Positions 60,437-63,351 of a DNA stretch of 63,351 nucleotides are shown piece by piece. The notes beneath the pieces were generated by a model, which saw only the letters and a list, made by a program, of their open reading frames with translations, made no database searches and was not told the origin of the DNA. A program made the position numbers and the translations under genes. Every line of letters begins with the position of its first letter. The first letter of the stretch is position 1. Origin of the DNA: an uncultured Neisseria sp. (GTDB lineage: Bacteria; Pseudomonadota; Gammaproteobacteria; Burkholderiales; UBA11063); the NCBI GenBank assembly GCA_964545465.1, contig CAZJFO010000001.1, positions 1 through 63,351 on the forward strand. Reading direction: 5' to 3'.

Positions 60437-61492
60437 TTAATTAATTATCCCACCGCCTAGGCATAGTTCATTATCATAAATAACTACAGATTGCCCTGGA
60501 GTAATTGCCCATTGTGGCATATCAAATACTAAATGCAATTTATCGCCATCATAAGATAATGTGCATGGTGCATCAGCCATTCTATATCTGGTTTTAGCAC
60601 TATAACGCCCTTCAATTGGGTTTTGTTCAAGCCCAAAACTTAATTGATTAGCCCAAAGTTCTTTTTTAAAGAGTAGGGGATGGTTATGACCTTGGACTAC
60701 TATTAGTTCATTGGTAGATAGGCTTTTATCTGCCACAAACCAAGGCTCACCTTGACCGCCGATTCCAAGCCCTTTACGTTGCCCCAGTGTATAGTACATG
60801 AGTCCCACATGTTCACCCATGATTTTACCATCAGGGGTAATAATGCGTCCGGGAATTATTGGCATATAACGCTTCAAAAACTTACGAAATGGCTGTTCTC
60901 CAATAAAGCAAATGCCGGTACTATCTTTTTTATTTGCTGTTGGGAGCTTTAGTTTCGCTGCAATTTGGCGTATTTCAGGTTTGGTTATATGGGCTAATGG
61001 AAATAATGCACGACTTATTTGGTATTGATTTAGCCGATAAAGGAAGTAGCTTTGATCTTTATTTGAGTCAGTTGCTTTAGATAAGATTGATTTGTCATCT
61101 CGAGATACTTTGCTTACATAATGACCTGTAGCTATATAGTTGGCGCCGATATTAATAGCATGATCAAGAAATGACTTAAATTTAATTTCTGAATTACATA
61201 AAATATCTGGATTTGGAGTGCGCCCATTTTGATACTCCTTTAAAAAATAACTAAATACTTTATCTTTATATTCTTTAGCGAAATTAACTATCTCAATATC
61301 AATGCCAAGGCAGTCAGCAACAGCAATAGCATCTAAGCTATCTTCTTTGATAGTGCAGTATTCATCATCTTTAAGATCTTCCCAGTTTTGCATAAATATC
61401 CCAAGAACATCATAACCTTGTTCTTTTAGTAAATACGCAGCAACGGATGAGTCAACACCACCTGATAAACCAACGACAACTTTCATACTCAA
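60437..61492 (-). CDS. mnmA: tRNA 2-thiouridine(34) synthase
   Basis: [49 protein letters not shown]. Confidence 0.97.
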   Translation of the reverse strand: MSMKVVVGLSGGVDSSVAAYLLKEQGYDVLGIFMQNWEDLKDDEYCTIKEDSLDAIAVADCLGIDIEIVNFAKEYKDKVFSYFLKEYQNGRTPNPDILCNSEIKFKSFLDHAINIGANYIATGHYVSKVSRDDKSILSKATDSNKDQSYFLYRLNQYQISRALFPLAHITKPEIRQIAAKLKLPTANKKDSTGICFIGEQPFRKFLKRYMPIIPGRIITPDGKIMGEHVGLMYYTLGQRKGLGIGGQGEPWFVADKSLSTNELIVVQGHNHPLLFKKELWANQLSFGLEQNPIEGRYSAKTRYRMADAPCTLSYDGDKLHLVFDMPQWAITPGQSVVIYDNELCLGGGIIN

Positions 61493-61631
61493 AATTTACT
61501 CTATACTATAATTAGACTATATTTTACCAGAAAATATTGTTATGGCTCCAAATAATTACACATATCAATCGTAATTTTTTTGATTTAAATTTAGTATTCT
61601 TTTAGAAGGAATAAATCGTGGTTTATAAAGT

Positions 61632-61666
61632 AAAAAAAGCCGAAATATCTTATTAAGATAATTCGG
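61632..61666 (-). terminator. Intrinsic terminator of the lipoprotein gene
   Basis: Minus strand CCGAATTATCTT-AAT-AAGATATTTCGG followed by C and 7 T. Confidence 0.7.
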
Positions 61667-61695
61667 ATTTGAAAAGCTCTAATATTCAGCGTTAA

Positions 61696-62736
61696 TTATT
61701 TTTTTGATGCTGCTGCTGGTGCTGGTTGCACAACAACTAGCGTTTGAGCAATTGAATAACCTTCAGCTTTTGCAGTTACTGTTGCATAACCTAGTTTCTC
61801 GCCTGCAGTTACAGTAATTGTACAGCTAGCAGTGCTGTTCAGTTTTGCTGCAATAGTACATGTTTTAGAATTTAATGTCACACCAGTGCCACCCGATTCA
61901 ACTGTAAAAGCTACACCTACATTTTTTTCAGAAGCGCCTGATGGAAGTGCTGGAAGTGTCGCAGTTAATGTTCCATTAGCACCAGTTACTATGTTTAATG
62001 GATTGTTCATTGTAATAACTTGACTTGGTGATACCTCAACACTCGTAACAGCAGACTCATACGCAGGTCCTGCATTAACAGATACTACTGCCTTACCTAT
62101 GCCAGTACCTGCGTTTACAGTATCTATCTCACAGGAGTTTTTAGTAGCTTGAATTGTACATGTAGCTGTACCAGGTGTTGTTCCCGTTAGGGCAAAACCA
62201 TTAGTAGTACCTGAACTTTCAACTGTAAATGTTACAGGTACTGCACTCGTAACATTTTTTGGTAATACTGCAGTTAATACGCCTGTTGTTGTTTCAGTAG
62301 TTAACCATGTCACACCAGTTACTCTAAGAAGCTTAGGTTCTACAGTGATAGTACTAGAAGCAGATTCATAACCTGTAGCTCCTGCAGTTACTGTTGCAAT
62401 ACCTGCTTTATCTCCCTGTACTTTTATCGTACAGCTACTGTTAGCATTAGTCGATTCAATTTCACATGAGCTTTTAACAGGAAAAGATATAGAACCTTTA
62501 GGTACGCTACTCTCGGTAAGGTTTACGGTTACAGCTGAGGTGGGCTGAGCTGATAATTTCACCGTTAAATCGATGCTACTCTCAGCTTCTACTGATGCAC
62601 TAGATGGGGTAATTGTAATTGAACTCTGCCCAGATGAGCTTGTACCGCTAGAACAGCTTGCCAAAAACAATGAAGATAGTGCTAATACGTATGATGAACG
62701 CTTAACAAGCGTATTTTTTGTTAGATAAAAAGTCAT
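61696..62736 (-). CDS. Ser/Thr-rich lipoprotein with three Ig-like repeats (putative surface adhesin)
   Basis: AGGAG RBS before ATG 62736; lipobox LASC; three ~100-aa beta-rich repeats, each with a Cys pair. Confidence 0.75.
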   Translation of the reverse strand: MTFYLTKNTLVKRSSYVLALSSLFLASCSSGTSSSGQSSITITPSSASVEAESSIDLTVKLSAQPTSAVTVNLTESSVPKGSISFPVKSSCEIESTNANSSCTIKVQGDKAGIATVTAGATGYESASSTITVEPKLLRVTGVTWLTTETTTGVLTAVLPKNVTSAVPVTFTVESSGTTNGFALTGTTPGTATCTIQATKNSCEIDTVNAGTGIGKAVVSVNAGPAYESAVTSVEVSPSQVITMNNPLNIVTGANGTLTATLPALPSGASEKNVGVAFTVESGGTGVTLNSKTCTIAAKLNSTASCTITVTAGEKLGYATVTAKAEGYSIAQTLVVVQPAPAAASKK

Positions 62737-63201
62737 TTTAATTAAACTCCTAAAATTTTCTATATTATATCTTGTACAATGAATGTCTTTCATTATACAC
62801 TATTAAACTAATCAATACATAATTGCAAGCCACTGCAGAGTGTTTTGCTTGTATTCAACTAACAATAACTAGGTTAAGTTGTATTGAATAATAATTGACT
62901 ATGCCAATACTATATCATAATGTGCTTAAATAAAACAAATTTATTTTTTGGTAATTTGTATTTTTATTAGCCTATTGCCTTTCATTCTTGAATGAATCGT
63001 AAACTCAGCTTTTAGAGTTACCCACACGAAACGCGAAAGAGCTACAATTTTAATGATAAAATTATAATTGAAGGTACTGACTATATACAAAAAATCTAAC
63101 CTATAGCGAATTATGCACTATCTGGCATAATAAAGTGAATAAGTCTATAGAAACATTGTCGCTATTGAGTCGTCTCAAAGTGGATGAGCTTTATCATAAT
63201 A

Positions 63202-63230
63202 TTGACAAATTAAGTTAAGTTATATATAAT
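63202..63230 (+). promoter_or_regulatory. Perfect-consensus sigma70 promoter
   Basis: TTGACA (63202-63207), 17 bp spacer, TATAAT (63225-63230). Confidence 0.75.
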
Positions 63231-63351
63231 ACTTGGTAAATGCATAAAGATTATTAGTGAATAATTTTTTAGGGTATAACATGAACGCTTTTGATGTGGC
63301 CCATGTTCAAATTAAGTGCACCACTAGCTAAAATAGCCTAAAAATAAAAAA

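Noticed and set aside
3756-62023. Many short antisense or overlapping ORFs in the track (e.g. 18093..18500, 37430..37864, 57835..58416)
   Set aside because: They overlap well-supported genes and carry no recognisable motifs; treated as shadow ORFs.

Overview
AT-rich bacterial chromosomal segment. The host is probably a low-GC betaproteobacterium (Neisseriales/Aquella-like); this is inferred from the der-hfq-hflX-hflK-hflC order, a DUF3460 gene and the SRP RNA motif. In order: (1) an IS30-type end truncating a YhcG/DUF1016 gene, then a type I restriction-modification defence locus (hsdS, DUF2971 gene, hsdR, a frameshifted ABC-ATPase with a HEPN-like tail). (2) A small GIY-YIG nuclease followed by four clusters of dRS3/CGTC-REP-like palindromes and a long structured element, which bracket two GT4 glycosyltransferase genes. 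(3) Housekeeping genes yebC-hslO-der-hfq-hflX-hflK-hflC and two tandem RND pumps with no adaptor gene. (4) An atypical Trb/VirB type IV secretion operon: no coupling protein, relaxase or integrase in the window, VirB9 with a DotD/N0-like domain, VirB11 with a large insertion; ssb follows. (5) An IS30 remnant, then a seven-gene biosynthetic cluster whose core matches the enzyme logic of ketomemicin-type carbonylmethylene pseudopeptides but has different tailoring enzymes. This is the best candidate for an undescribed system. (6) Core genes (aroE, tcdA, SRP RNA, ybaB, dnaX, mltG, tmk, holB, uup, dctA, tolRAB, mnmA) and an Ig-like repeat lipoprotein. All calls come from reading motifs by eye; no database searches were run. 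One ORF-track strand label (49568..51700) is wrong: the gene is on the minus strand.
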